64,000 nt of DNA from Octopus vulgaris (Eukaryota), in assembly GCA_951406725.2 (NCBI GenBank), contig OX597816.1, forward strand, positions 25,544,001 to 25,608,000. Direction: 5' to 3'. Positions 1-12,408 of this stretch are shown piece after piece. The position numbers and the translations under genes were made by a program. Each line of letters starts with the position of its first letter. The first letter of the stretch is position 1. The notes under the pieces were generated by a model. That model did no database searches, was not told the DNA's origin, and saw nothing but the letters and a program-made list of their open reading frames with translations.

Positions 1-180
1 TATATAACGTATATAGTAATAATATATTAGAGAGTACAACTTCAAACTTACTAGGAAAAATGCAATTTAGTATTAAATCAAATTTCACAATATAAATATA
101 TAAAATATAAATTAGAGAAAAAACCCCACAATTAAGCAATTCAAACAATGATAGACATAAACCAAATCATTAATAAAAGG

Positions 181-183
<3 letters not shown>

Positions 184-248
<65 letters not shown>
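184..248. repeat. (TA)n microsatellite; representative of dozens of (TA)n, (CA)n, (GA)n, (TATG)n, (TATC)n tracts across the window
   Basis: Direct inspection. Confidence 0.98.
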
Positions 249-250
<2 letters not shown>

Positions 251-344
251 AAATAAGCAACAAGGATATCCAGAGGTAATGAAATACGGTTGCATAAAAT
301 GATCGTACTGCATTACCTCTCGATATCCTTGTTGCTTATTTTGA
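247..344. repeat. Inverted repeat/hairpin (~35-bp arms)
   Basis: atcaaaataagcaacaaggatatc.agaggtaatg / cattacctct.gatatccttgttgcttattttgat. Confidence 0.85.
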
Positions 345-425
345 TTTTAATCACCTTACTTTGAAATTGTATGGATAATACCTTTCTCAAATCTGGTGCC
401 TCAACTGAAGTACCATATTCATCTG

Positions 426-456
<31 letters not shown>

Positions 457-503
457 GTGTGTGTTTGCGTATGTGTGTATGTGTGTATGCGTGTGTGTGT
501 ACA

Positions 504-534
<31 letters not shown>

Positions 535-651
535 ATATATACAACTACACGTGCACCCACATGCACACAAAAGCTACATATGTTTGAGTGTGCGCCCACG
601 TGTAGTGTTATTTTAAGCAGAATTTGAACAGACTTGAATAATACTACCAAC

Positions 652-762
652 CGATAGAACAATCCTCTCCTCTGTATCCCGGGACACATTTACATTCGAA
701 CTTATCTCCCTTGTTTGTACAGTTACCTTCATTCTTACATGGATTGCTACTGCATGGATCAA
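652..762 (-). CDS. EGF exon 13, type A (DPCSSNPCKNEGNCTNKGDKFECKCVPGYRGEDCSI); gene continues beyond window start
   Basis: 111 nt, cag/gttggt, six Cys, no stop. Confidence 0.92.
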
Positions 763-1421
763 CTGAAAGAGGAAAATAATTACATAGAATATCTGTAACC
801 CTATTTAAAACAAAGGAAAACACTCATTTATTTAACTTAATTGTTCAAATTTCAATTTCGAAGAATTTAAGTCTCAACAAATTTTGGCTTTTTTTCTTAC
901 TTCCGACGCTTGAAATTTAAACTAACAAAATGTCAAAGTATTCCAGCCGTCGTTGACAATAATAAAGAAAAAGGCTGGTGCATAAAAAAAGGGCTAAAAG
1001 TTCTTCCACAGACCTAGGCTCATAAGTACAGTTTTGCAGAGTCTGTGTCATATATATTATCTGCTGGAAGGGACGCTGATCCATAACAGGATTACTCATT
1101 TTGTCGTCGGAGTGAACGAGAGCCACTTGAAGTGAATTGCTTAACTCAAACACACAACAGATGACCTGGGCCAGAATCGACGTACTGTGGCGGCGTATAT
1201 ATACTAGTCCCTACATCACTGTTTGATAGGAAGGTGGTTCGGCGAAAGGTTACTTATTTTTGCCAACTGAGTGGATTGGAGTAACATGAAATGAAATGTA
1301 TTCCACAAGAGCATAGCGCATAGCTCGGTCCAATAAGCCACGCGGCTTTACTCTGCGAGCTTTAGCTTCGGTACTATGGCAACTGCAGACAGTTATTGAT
1401 CAAACCATGCATGTGTGTATA

Positions 1422-1527
<106 letters not shown>

Positions 1528-1584
1528 TATATGTATGTATGTATGTATGTATATATGTATACATATATATATTTATCATTCGCC

Positions 1585-1767
1585 ATGATAGATCGCTAGT
1601 TACTACACGTTCTTTATTTTCTCTCCTTGTTTCTTTCTGTGTCCCTTTCTGTGGAAGTGCGTAGGCTCGAAACGTTAAAGACTTTTTAACTTTCCGAGTG
1701 TTATGCTAATACATCTGTTTGTTGTCTACACTACCAGTCTTCGTCTTTTGTTTTTTTTGTGACTTCT

Positions 1768-1770
<3 letters not shown>
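1585..1770 (+). mobile_element. Short Penelope-like pseudo-LTR repeat between (TA)n tracts; other copies at ~4195-4375, 15785-15945(-), 40985-41190(-), 46040-46222, 59040-59175
   Basis: Shared ~180 bp with ctgtNgaagagcgtagRctcgaaacgtaaaagac, a hammerhead-derived core. Confidence 0.55.
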
Positions 1771-1815
<45 letters not shown>

Positions 1816-2401
1816 GCGTGTGTGCGTGTCTGTGTGCGTACGTGCGTGTGTGTGTGTGTATGTGTGGGACAAGAAGGCAAAACATCCGGACAGCTAGGTG
1901 ATACAAAAAGGGACAACAAAAAATCCAGATAGACGATCCAAAGAAAACAATGACGGGTGATTCGAAGTTTTCTTTCCTCAGTCAAGCACAAAATTATCCT
2001 CGCAATTTCGGGTGATTATTCTCGACATTGCTCCAATCTGGCCAGCCCCAAGGAAAAACTAAGCTAAGAGCATTAGATTCCTTGGAAGAAAGCACCGAAT
2101 GTATACAAAAACAAGGACAGAAAAAATGGACAATGTTACACAAATATAAATGCAATAAAAAATAATAACAAGTCATAACAACAGGTGTCTTTCGACTAAG
2201 GACGAATTGAATGAAGCTGGCGCGTGTGGAAATGAAGCTTCGAATGAACCGTCTTTATTTTCTTTGTGTCGTCTATCTGGATGTTTTGTTGCTCCTTTTT
2301 GTATCACCTAGTTGTCTGGATATTCTTGTCCCATTTTGTATTATATATATATATATGTATATATATATATGTGTGTATGTGTGTGTGTGTGTATGTGTGT
2401 G

Positions 2402-2464
<63 letters not shown>

Positions 2465-2599
2465 ACATACACACATATATAGCGGCATACGTACACTTTG
2501 GTCTCTCTCCCTCATATATATATATATATGAGAAAGAAAGAAAGAAAGAGAGAAATAGAGATAGACAGATAGGGAGAAAAAGATAGAGAGAGAGATAGA

Positions 2600-2643
<44 letters not shown>

Positions 2644-2656
2644 TATCAGTACCAAC

Positions 2657-2767
2657 CTATGGAACAATCATATTTTCTGTATCCCGGGAGACAATTACAT
2701 ACGTACTCCCAGCCATGGTTTTCACATTTACCTCCGTTCTGGCAAGGATTACTACTGCATGGATCAA
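2657..2767 (-). CDS. EGF exon 12, type B (DPCSSNPCQNGGKCENHGWEYVCNCLPGYRKYDCSI)
   Basis: 111 nt, cag/gttggt, six Cys. Confidence 0.9.
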   Translation of the reverse strand: MIHAVVILARTEVNVKTMAGSTYVIVSRDTENMIVP

Positions 2768-2974
2768 CTGAAATAAGGAAATGATTAAGAACAACATGTA
2801 TTTAATTAATTCAAATTCCTACCCTGAAGATTATGCATCTTCATTAATTATGGTTTGTTGCTATCTCCACCTCTTGAAATTTAAACCAACACAATGTCTA
2901 CCTGCTCCGGCCGCCTTGGGCTATATTCTCCTCTACACTTTACCATTCATTCATACCTACCCAGACACACCCAG

Positions 2975-3020
<46 letters not shown>

Positions 3021-3105
3021 CACACACACACACAACACACATACGCACACGCGCACACACGCACACACAAACATATATATATACACACATACCTATACAT
3101 ATACA

Positions 3106-3165
<60 letters not shown>

Positions 3166-3632
3166 CATACATATAAAAGGGATGACCTGTAAGTGGACAT
3201 CCGTTATGCTAGAAGTAGATCCACTATGGTCTTACCACTAAGAAAGGAATGTTCTCAAGAAAATTTAGCAAACGCCAGAACGTAAGCGATCAAGAGAAAT
3301 GAAAAGATACAGAATATAGATTAATCACAAACTATGGTTTCGTCGTTAATGCTTACGTAATCACTAACATAATTATCCGCAACTTGTCAGTGTGATCGTC
3401 TTTGCAATTATAAATTGCAGAACTATACACGGGATTTGAATTTTTCACCCTCATTATTTTAAATTTATTTATATATTTAAATTTATATTTATTTATATAT
3501 TTAGATAAACACACCTACATCTGTCAATGCGTTTTAAAAGCACATTTATAATCAATATAAATTATAAAACATATTTTTGAACCCAGAGAAAGAGAGGCTG
3601 ATACACATAAACATATGCGTGCGCATACACAT

Positions 3633-3667
<35 letters not shown>

Positions 3668-3784
3668 TACACGCACACACATACACACAAATGCACGCAC
3701 GCACACACACACACACACACACACAAACGCACGCACAAGTACAGAAACACACACCGTCATACATATGCGAATATCATTACCAAG

Positions 3785-3892
3785 TTACAGAACAATCATG
3801 TCTGTATCCTGGGATACGTTCACATTCGAACTTATCTCCCTTGTTTGTACATTTGCCTTCATTCTGACATGGATTGCTACTGCATGGATCAA
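3785..3892 (-). pseudogene. Decayed EGF exon copy (type A pseudo-exon)
   Basis: Paralog of 652/6842 exons but Cys5 TGT>CGT, 3-nt deletion, donor GT>CT, acceptor gag. Confidence 0.8.
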
Positions 3893-4374
3893 CTCGAAGG
3901 CGAAAATAGTTACAAGTCAATTTGTTTTTGAAGTCAGGTGGTTCCTAAGGTCTCCCGTCAACGCCACTGGGAACATAGAATCTAATACAAACCGTTACTT
4001 GATAGGTTCCGCGAGAAACAGTGAGTTAAGCTAATGTTAATTTCATGATCGTAACATTATTGATTATTAAAATATTGGAATATAGACATCATCCTATCTA
4101 ACCTATTATGCTATCAAAAAAATATAACAAGCATTGGGGATATATTTAGTGATATCTGTAATTTATGGACACCCTAACACTTATATATATATAAAAGATC
4201 GTTAGCTACTACACACACTTTTTTCTCTCCTTGTTCTTTCTGTGTACCTTTCTGTAGAAGAGCGTAGACTCGAAACGTAAAAGACTTTTTCTATTCCTGA
4301 GCGCAATACTAATACATCTGTTTGATTGTACACCACCTGCCTTCGTCTTTTGTTTATTTTCTTAAACTTTCCCT

Positions 4375-4422
<48 letters not shown>

Positions 4423-4823
4423 TATGATTTTTAGTACGTGAACTACGCTACTATGAAAAAGATATGAGAAAGATATGGTATATATTTTTTTTTGTGCAGG
4501 GGATCCTTGAGAAATGTAATTTAATTTAAGGGTTACGCAAGGATAAAAAGGTCGAGAAACACTACAAGTGGTACCTGCCATTATGCTCCCCACCATAAAA
4601 CAACACCACGTGGACTCTGTTGAGACTTGTAAGAAACAATTATGAACTTTTTTATTACACTTAACTTTTTAAAATATTTTTGATAACTTTCGTTTTTTCA
4701 AGAAGAACCGAAACATGTAAAATCTCTAAGAAAATTAAAATTTATCCTCTATAGTGGCATTTCCAAACATCTTTTTTATAAATATATACCCACTCGTATG
4801 CCACTTACACTTTTTATGAATAA

Positions 4824-4899
<76 letters not shown>

Positions 4900-4914
4900 T
4901 AGAGAGATAGAGAG

Positions 4915-4969
<55 letters not shown>

Positions 4970-4978
4970 GGTACCAAC

Positions 4979-5089
4979 CTATAGAGCAATCGTCTCCTCT
5001 AAATCCCGGGTCACATTTACATTTGAACCCTCGTCCATTTTTTTCACATTTACCTTCGTTCTGACAAGGATTACTACTGCATGGATCAA
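4979..5089 (-). CDS. EGF exon 11, type B (DPCSSNPCQNEGKCEKNGRGFKCKCDPGFRGDDCSI)
   Basis: 111 nt, cag/gttggt, six Cys. Confidence 0.92.
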   Translation of the reverse strand: MIHAVVILVRTKVNVKKMDEGSNVNVTRDLEETIAL

Positions 5090-5959
5090 CTGCAAGAAGA
5101 AAATGATTAAATTGAATTATCTATGCATCTGTTTTCAATTAAAAACAACATATATTTTAATCAATTGTTCAAATTCCTATCCTGAAGATTATGCATTTTG
5201 GTTGGTTGCTATTTCCAACTCTTGAAATTTAAACCAACATAATGTCTACCTGTTCCAGCTGGTTATGGCTATAGTCTCTTCTCTTTACCATTCATTCATA
5301 CCTACACGGACACACACACACACACACACGTATAAGATTAGTGAGATAGTGTCAAGGAAACAGGGAATTATGCAATGAAGTTCGGTGGTGTAGTAGTGTC
5401 TGATACTGCAAAGTGAAAATCACAGCGATAAAGATATCTGTCTCTCTCTTTCACTTCCGAGATGACTTTGTTTCGCTTCGTTTTGACGAGGCTATGTCTG
5501 CAAACAGAGAAAACCTTTAAAAGGGTCTCCTCTGGGCGAACTACCGCAGTTTTACAGCGCTTACTATGCTTACTAATGCAAATATACAGCTTTGTTTATG
5601 AATTACGGTTTCAAACTTTTCATTGTCTCTCTATTCAATCACTAACATATATATGAAACATATAAGATTTTAATGATGGCGGCAGCGGTTTGTTTTACAT
5701 TATTTTCGATCTCTTCTTTCGTAGATTTTCTCCAGGTTTCAGAGATTTGAGAAGACTGATAGCCATCACGAAGGTAAACCATTTTTTTTTGTACGTTCAA
5801 AGAAAGATGCATGTTGTTGAAGCTGTTTCGTCGTGAAACTGTGTAAGCCGGGGAGAGCTTCGTCTCAGCACTTTTCAAGCCGCAGCATATATTCGAGAGA
5901 AGGATCGCCTTAAGCTTTTTCCTGTAAATTCCAAGCAAAGTGAGAACAGTCCTTATCTC

Positions 5960-6290
5960 TATCCATCCGCTTAGTCGAAGTCGACTCTCGGTTACTCGTT
6001 GGATCAGTGTCCTCCAGTCAGTTCTATCCTGGGCCAATTCTTTCAGATTGGCTATGTCCATTCCGGTATCACTCTTGATGGTGTCAAGCCAGCGGGTTCT
6101 TGGTCGGCCTCTTCCTCTCTTGCTACTGACCATTCCGAGCATGATGTCCATCTCCAAGGATTTTCTCCGCATAATATGACCGAAATATGCCAATCAATGC
6201 TTGGTGATCCTAGCTTCTAGCGACATTTTTGGCCTGATCTGCTTAAGAACTTCTCCATTGGTGAGCCTCGCTGTCCATGGAATCCGTAAA
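5960..6290 (-). mobile_element. RTE (BovB-like) LINE 3' fragment
   Basis: YFGHIMRRKSLEMDIMLG..RGRGRPRTRWLDTIK..DRTDWR..VTESRLRL is a typical RTE ORF C-terminus. Confidence 0.85.
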
Positions 6291-6841
6291 AGTCCTTACA
6301 TCATCTTAACTTTAAGATGTTGTTGTACTGCTTGTGCTGGTGTTGTTGTTATCAATATCAGCCATGGTTATACCAGCGGAATTCCACATAGTGTGAGGTA
6401 TATTTTGTAAACTAGTCTGAGTTATGTAATGTTGATAATTAATGCTGATAAGGGCTTCTCTTATAACTTAGCGAATAAACCAGTTGCATATTTAAACTGG
6501 AAGTGTTGGCGTAATTGTAGAAGAAAAGGTTTAAACATTTAGCATTATAAATAGTCCTCTATGTCCGCACGTCTGATATTGTGGAAGCACATGGCCCAGT
6601 GGTTAGAGCAGCGGACTCGCGGTCTCCCTCATTCAAATTATTTCTATGTATGTATAAATTTCATTGGTATATAATGTAAAGATCACACCGAAACTCGTAC
6701 GTATACAAAATATTTTATCTGAAAATGCGCTCGAGCACACACAGATAACAGTCCGATTACGCAAGCACACACACATACACTCACCTACACACACACACCA
6801 AAATCCTTCAATGCACTCAGATATTAAATACCATGACTAAC

Positions 6842-6952
6842 CTGTAGAACAATCATCTCCTTTGTATCCTGGGACACATTTACATTCGAACTTATCTCCC
6901 TTGTTGGTACATTTAGCTCCGTTCTGACATGGGTTGCTACTGCATGGATCAA
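6842..6952 (-). CDS. EGF exon 10, type A (DPCSSNPCQNGAKCTNKGDKFECKCVPGYKGDDCST)
   Basis: 111 nt, tag/gttagt, six Cys. Confidence 0.92.
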
Positions 6953-7139
6953 CTAGAAGAAAAAAATTAATGCATGAAATAATTTATTTTAAATTCAATT
7001 ATTTAACAGTTTAAAGTTTTTTATTGTATCCTTTAGTAACATCTAAAAAGTAAAGACATCTTTGCTTCAGATTCTTTGACTAATATCTCTGGTTTGTTTT
7101 TATAATATCAGGGAGACCTAATTTCCTGTGGTATCTTTT

Positions 7140-7486
7140 GATAATATCTCATATAGAAAAAGAAGCACTCCGTCGGTTACGACGATGAGGGTCCCAGCTG
7201 ATACGATCAACGGAACAGCCTGCTCGTGAAATTAACGTGCAAGTGACTGAGCAATCCACAGACACGCGTACCATTAAGATAGTTCTCAGGAAAATTCAGC
7301 GTGACACAGAGTGTGACAAGGCCGGCCTTTTGAAATACAGGTTCAACTCATTTTTGCCAGCTGAGTGGACTGGAGCAACGTGAAATAAAGTGCCTTGCTC
7401 AAGGACAAAACGCATCGCGGGAATCGAACTCACGACTTTACAACCGTGAGCCAAATGCCCTAACCACTAAGCCACGCGCCTTCACA
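7140..7486 (-). mobile_element. tRNA-derived SINE family C; other copies 12058-12290(+), 36430-36745(-), 40241-40574(+, TSD aattaaatgat)
   Basis: Head ggcgcgtggcttagtggttagg..gttcgattcc (A/B boxes) with shared body. Confidence 0.8.
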
Positions 7487-7615
7487 TAACTCATAAAGCA
7501 GTGCAATGTTAGATAACACAGAAATGTTTAAGCAGCAGAAGAAAATAGTTCATGAGCGGTGGTGATGTTACTCGATGCGTCAACAGCAAATACTAACACA
7601 CATGCACCCGCACGC

Positions 7616-8875
7616 ACACCTTGCATCTTAGCATCATAATATTGAAATATCTATAAAACCGTCAAAAGCTTGTTTATTTTTATGTTGTTTTTTTTTTGGT
7701 TTATTATTAGTGTTGCTTAATATGTTTTGCTAAATTGCTGTTTCTTTTCAGATATTATCAGGAAAAAAGGTAATATAAATTCATTAAAATGACAGATCTA
7801 TCAGACTTTCAAAGAGGTCAAATTGTTGATGTTCGTATTATAGGCTCTTGCGTAACGAAAACAGCCGAAATGTTTGGTGCATCAAGAAATATTGTCTCGG
7901 AAGTAATGATAGCCTTTGAGAAAGAGGGAAAAACCTCCTCGTCGAAACAAAACTCCGTAAGAAAACCAAAACTTTCAGATAGGGACCATCGGAATCTTGT
8001 GCGAATTGTTAGAAAGGATCACAGAAGTACAGCTCCCAAAATTACTGCAGAACTTAGTGACCACCTCGAGAACCCAGTTTCCACAAAAACTGTTTCCGAG
8101 AGCTGCACAAAGCCGGATTTCAAGGGAGTGCTGCAATCAGAAAACCACTACTTCCAAAAACAAACGTTGCAAAGCGTTTAGAGTGGAGTAAAAACTTACA
8201 AAAATGGTCCCTAGATCAGTGCAAGAATGCTATTTTCCCGGACGAGTCATCCATTACCTTACTTCCGTCTACCAGCCGAGTATACGCGTAGAGACGGCCA
8301 AATGAAGCATTTGACCCAGACTGCCTCCTTCCAACAGTTAAACATGGTGGAGGATCTGTGATGATCTGGAGGGCTATATCTTGGAAATCCGCCGGCCCAA
8401 TGGTTGCCTTTCATGGCAGAATTAATAATAGTCAAGACTATTTAAGCATTTTATCTGATCAAATTCATCCTATGTCTGCGAAACTGTTTCCGGAGGGAAA
8501 CGCAACATTTCAGGATGATAATGCACCAACTCACACAGCTAAAGTTGCTACTGAACGGCACGAGGAACATTCTAGTGAAGTTGCACATCTTATCTGGCTA
8601 CCACAGTCCCCAGATCTCAATAGTATTGAACATTTATGGTGCATTGTAGAAAAACAAGTAAGGAGTCGATATCTTCCACCATCATCACTACAAGAACTGG
8701 AGACAGTTTTAGCTGAAGAATGGACAAAAATTCCTTTGGAAATAATTCAAACTTTGTACGAGTTGATAGCTCGTAGAATTCAAGCTGTAATTACTGCCAA
8801 AGGCAGTCCTACCCGATATTAAAATAAATTTGTTTGAAATTTTAAGGGTGTTTCTTTATTTTGTCCAACCCCAGT
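7616..8875 (+). mobile_element. Tc1-like DNA transposon with broken transposase (7789-8822), DD36E spacing
   Basis: HTH MTDLSDFQRGQIV; FPDES, FQDDNAP, SPDLNSIE; frameshift near 8095 and a stop; right TIR-like end 8847-8875 then TA; left TIR lost. Confidence 0.9.
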
Positions 8876-9180
8876 ATATACAGACATACATTTATATAAA
8901 AGTGACTTAAGGGCCGACAGTGCAAAGCACTTATCTAACTGACTTCAAATTTCTGGGAGTTTGTTTTCCTTTTTAATAAGAATGAATTATTATTTCTGGA
9001 ACATAATTCTATCAAAAATATAATTAGAATGTCACATGAAAAATGTATGTCAAAAGTCTGACTGTCAAGCATAATGGACTATAACAAATATAAAGGGAAA
9101 AAGGCTAAAATTGCTAAGATGCGGTTTTAGCAATAATGAGTTTAAGCATTATGGAAAAGATACAATTAATATATCGCTTT

Positions 9181-9598
9181 ACTCTTTACTCTTTTACTTG
9201 TTTCTGTCAGTTGTACGGCCATGCTGGGGCACCGCCTTTTAGTCGAGCAAATCGACCTCAGGACTTATTCTTTGTAAGCCCAGGACTTATTCTATCGGTC
9301 TTTTTTGCCGAACTGCTAAGTTACAGGGACATAAACACACCAGCATCGGTTGTCAAGTGATGTTGGGGTGACAAACACAGACACACAAACACACATACAT
9401 ATATATATATACATATATACATATACATATATACGACGGGCTTCTTTCAGTTTCCGTCTACCAAATCCACTCACAAGGCTTTTGGTCGGTCCGAGGCTAT
9501 AGTAGAAGACACTTGCCCAAAGTGCCACGCAGTGGGACTGAACCCGGAATCATGTGGTTGGTAAGCAAGCTACTTACCACACAGCCACTCCTACGCCT
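9181..9598 (-). mobile_element. tRNA-derived SINE family A with internal (TA)/(TG) microsatellite; other copies 10022-10480(+), 13599-13996(+), 14940-15200(-), 21432-21812(+), 23402-23840(-), 24375-24560(+), 28847-29360(+), 34653-35078(-), 38990-39228(+), 43860-44275(-), 44689-45118(+)
   Basis: Head ggcgcaggagtggctgtgtggtaag..ggttcagtcccact; tail tgactgaaacaagtaaaagag repeats; high mutual identity. Confidence 0.9.
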
Positions 9599-10827
9599 AT
9601 GAGCCAATCCTGCGCCTATATAAACTTTTGAGGACATATTTCTTATATTCCTTCTGTACTCACAGATTCCTTACGCTTGAGAGTATCTTGTGTCTCGATA
9701 AGGCAGCCATTTCACCTGACAGTAAATATTGGTTGCAAATTTTGGCACAAGGCCAGCAATTTCGAGGTAAGGGGTAAGTTAATTACATCAACCCCAGTGC
9801 CCACTGGTACTTATTTTATCGACCCTGAAAGGATTATAGGCAAGAATTTGACCTTGGCGGAATTTGAACTCAGAACATAAAGAGGGACGATATGCCATTA
9901 AACAATTTTGCTCGGCATGGTAACTATTCTGCCAGTTCGTCGAATTCACCTCACATTAAATATTGCTGTCATCAATATAAGTAGAATACATATGTGTTCT
10001 ATTGATATTGAGAATTTTATTGGGTGCAGGAGCAGGTGTGTGGTAAGTAGCTTGCTTACCAACCACACGGTTCTGGGTTCAGTCCCACTGCGTGGCACCT
10101 TGGGCAAGTGTTTCCTGCTATAACCTCGGGCCGACCAAAGCATTGTGAGTGAATTTGATTGACGGAAACTGAAAGAAGCCCGTCGTACACACACACATAG
10201 ATATACATATATCCATATATATATGTTTGTGTGTCTATATTTGTCCCCTGACCATCGCTTGACAACCGATGACCTGCAAAGGGGATGAACAAATTTTTTC
10301 TTCAGATTGAATGTTTACGTCCCCGTCACTTAGCGGTTCGGCAAAAAGAGACCGATAGAATAAGTACTGGGCTTACAAAAAGAATAAGTCCCGGGGTCGA
10401 GTTGCTCGACTAAAGGCGGTGCTCCAGCATGGCCGCAGTCAAATGACTGAAACAAGTAAAAGAGAAAGAGAAAGAGAAAACTATATTTATACACATACAT
10501 ACACATACATATATACATACGTACCTACTTTCATACAAGCATAGATACATACATGCATACATACCTACATTCGTACATATATACATACATACATACATAC
10601 ATACATACATACATACATACATACATACATTCATACATACATACAAACACACACACACATAGACATATATATATATGTATACATATATGGCCTTTTGACC
10701 ACTCCCCTAAGAACAATAGCTTGTGCCCTGCTTATCTCCTAAATACCAACTTACCCAAAAACGTCCCCCATCAACACCCCATTAAATCTGCCTAAATGTA
10801 TATATACCAGAACTTATTTTGACAGCC

Positions 10828-10878
10828 AGCTTCCTGAAGATTTCATCGGAATGAAACAGTTCTAGTCCTGTAGAAGCT
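10828..10878 (+). ncRNA. Type I hammerhead ribozyme motif
   Basis: AGCTTC-CTGAAGA-tTTCatcgGAAt-GAAACAG..CTGTA-GAAGCT; 6-bp stem I, 4-bp stem III, U-U mismatch at base of stem II. Confidence 0.7.
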
Positions 10879-10972
10879 CCTTCTATAAAATAAATTACTT
10901 TACTCTGCTATGTATTGAGTACCTTATTCACTGTGTTAACCCCGACTCAACCCGGGACCTACATATGTATAC

Positions 10973-11039
<67 letters not shown>

Positions 11040-11167
11040 CACACACACACATATATACATATATACACTGTTTTAAATATGTATATCTGAATGTATGTGC
11101 GCGCTCGTGTGTGTCTGCATGCGTTTGTGCGCGTGTGTGTGTGCATGTATGTATGCAAACTACCCAC

Positions 11168-11278
11168 CTATAGAACAATCCTTTCCTCTGTATCCTGGAC
11201 GACATTCACAATGGAAATCGGTTCCTTTGTTTGCACATGCGGCACCGTTTTTACACGGATGGGTGCTGCAGGGAATAT
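11168..11278 (-). CDS. EGF exon 9 ([36 protein letters not shown])
   Basis: 111 nt, tag/gtgggt, six Cys. Confidence 0.92.
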   Translation of the reverse strand: MFPAAPIRVKTVPHVQTKEPISIVNVVQDTEERIVL

Positions 11279-11364
11279 CTAAAAGAAGAATAGACCACAA
11301 TTAATACATTTTCCTTTATGTATTTAAACAATTTAAACATTCACGTAAAAATATATATAAACTA

Positions 11365-11962
11365 ATGGCTAAGCATTTTGTTCGACGCGCTAACGTTTTT
11401 TTTCTACTCTTGGCACAAGGCCCGAGGTTTTAGGGGAGGTGGCCAATCGATTAGATCGACTCCAGTACACAACCGGTGCTTAATTTATCGACCCCGAAGG
11501 GTGAAAGGCAAAGTCGACCTCGGCGGAATTTGAACTCAGGACGTAAAGACTGACGAAATACTGCCAAGCATTTCGCCTGGCGTGCTAACGTTTCCTATTT
11601 CTATACGTCAAGGACAGACAAATGGATTAAGTCGATTACATCGACCCCAGTGCGTAACTGGTACCTATTTAATCGACCCCGAAAGGATGAAAGGCAAAGT
11701 CGATCTCGGCGTAATTTGAACTCAGAACGTAGCGGCAGACGAAATACCTATTTCTTTACTACCCACAAGGGGCTAAACACAGAGAGGACAAACAAGGACA
11801 GACGAACGGATTAAGTCGATTACATCGACCCCAGTGCGTAACTGGTACTTATTTAATCGACCCCGAAACGATGAAAGGCAAAGTCGACCTCGGCGGAATT
11901 TGAACTCAGAACGTAGCGGCAGACGAAATACCGCAAAACATTTCGTCCAGCGTTCTAACGTT
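11365..11962 (-). mobile_element. SINE family B tandem multimer
   Basis: Repeated ctgagttcaaattccgccgaggtcgactttgcctttcatcctttcggggtcgat units. Confidence 0.85.
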
Positions 11963-12408
11963 TCAGCAAGATCGCAGTCTTTGGTTGAGTGAATAATGCG
12001 GAATAATAATCCGATTTACTGAAATAGTTATTCAAAAATACTATGAAAGTATTGTGCGTGGAGGCGCGTGGCTTAATGGTTAGGGGTGTTGGACACATGA
12101 TCGTAAGATTGTGGTTTCGATTCCTGAACCGAGCGACGCGTTGTGTTATTGAGCGAAACACTTCATTTCATGTTCCTCGGGTCCACTCAGTTGGCAAAAA
12201 TGAATGGCATCCCGTCCAGGTAAGGAATACATACACAACGGAAACCAGGAAAGCAGAATTATGAAGCTATGTGACTCAGAAGAGTCTTCATTGGCCTACT
12301 ATCGGATACAGAAATGATTAGAAAATTCCGCTGTCTTTACACAAATGTTACAACGGAAACACTAGTTTTGTAATCTAAGGGGAAAAAATAGGACAAAAAA
12401 ATACTCAC

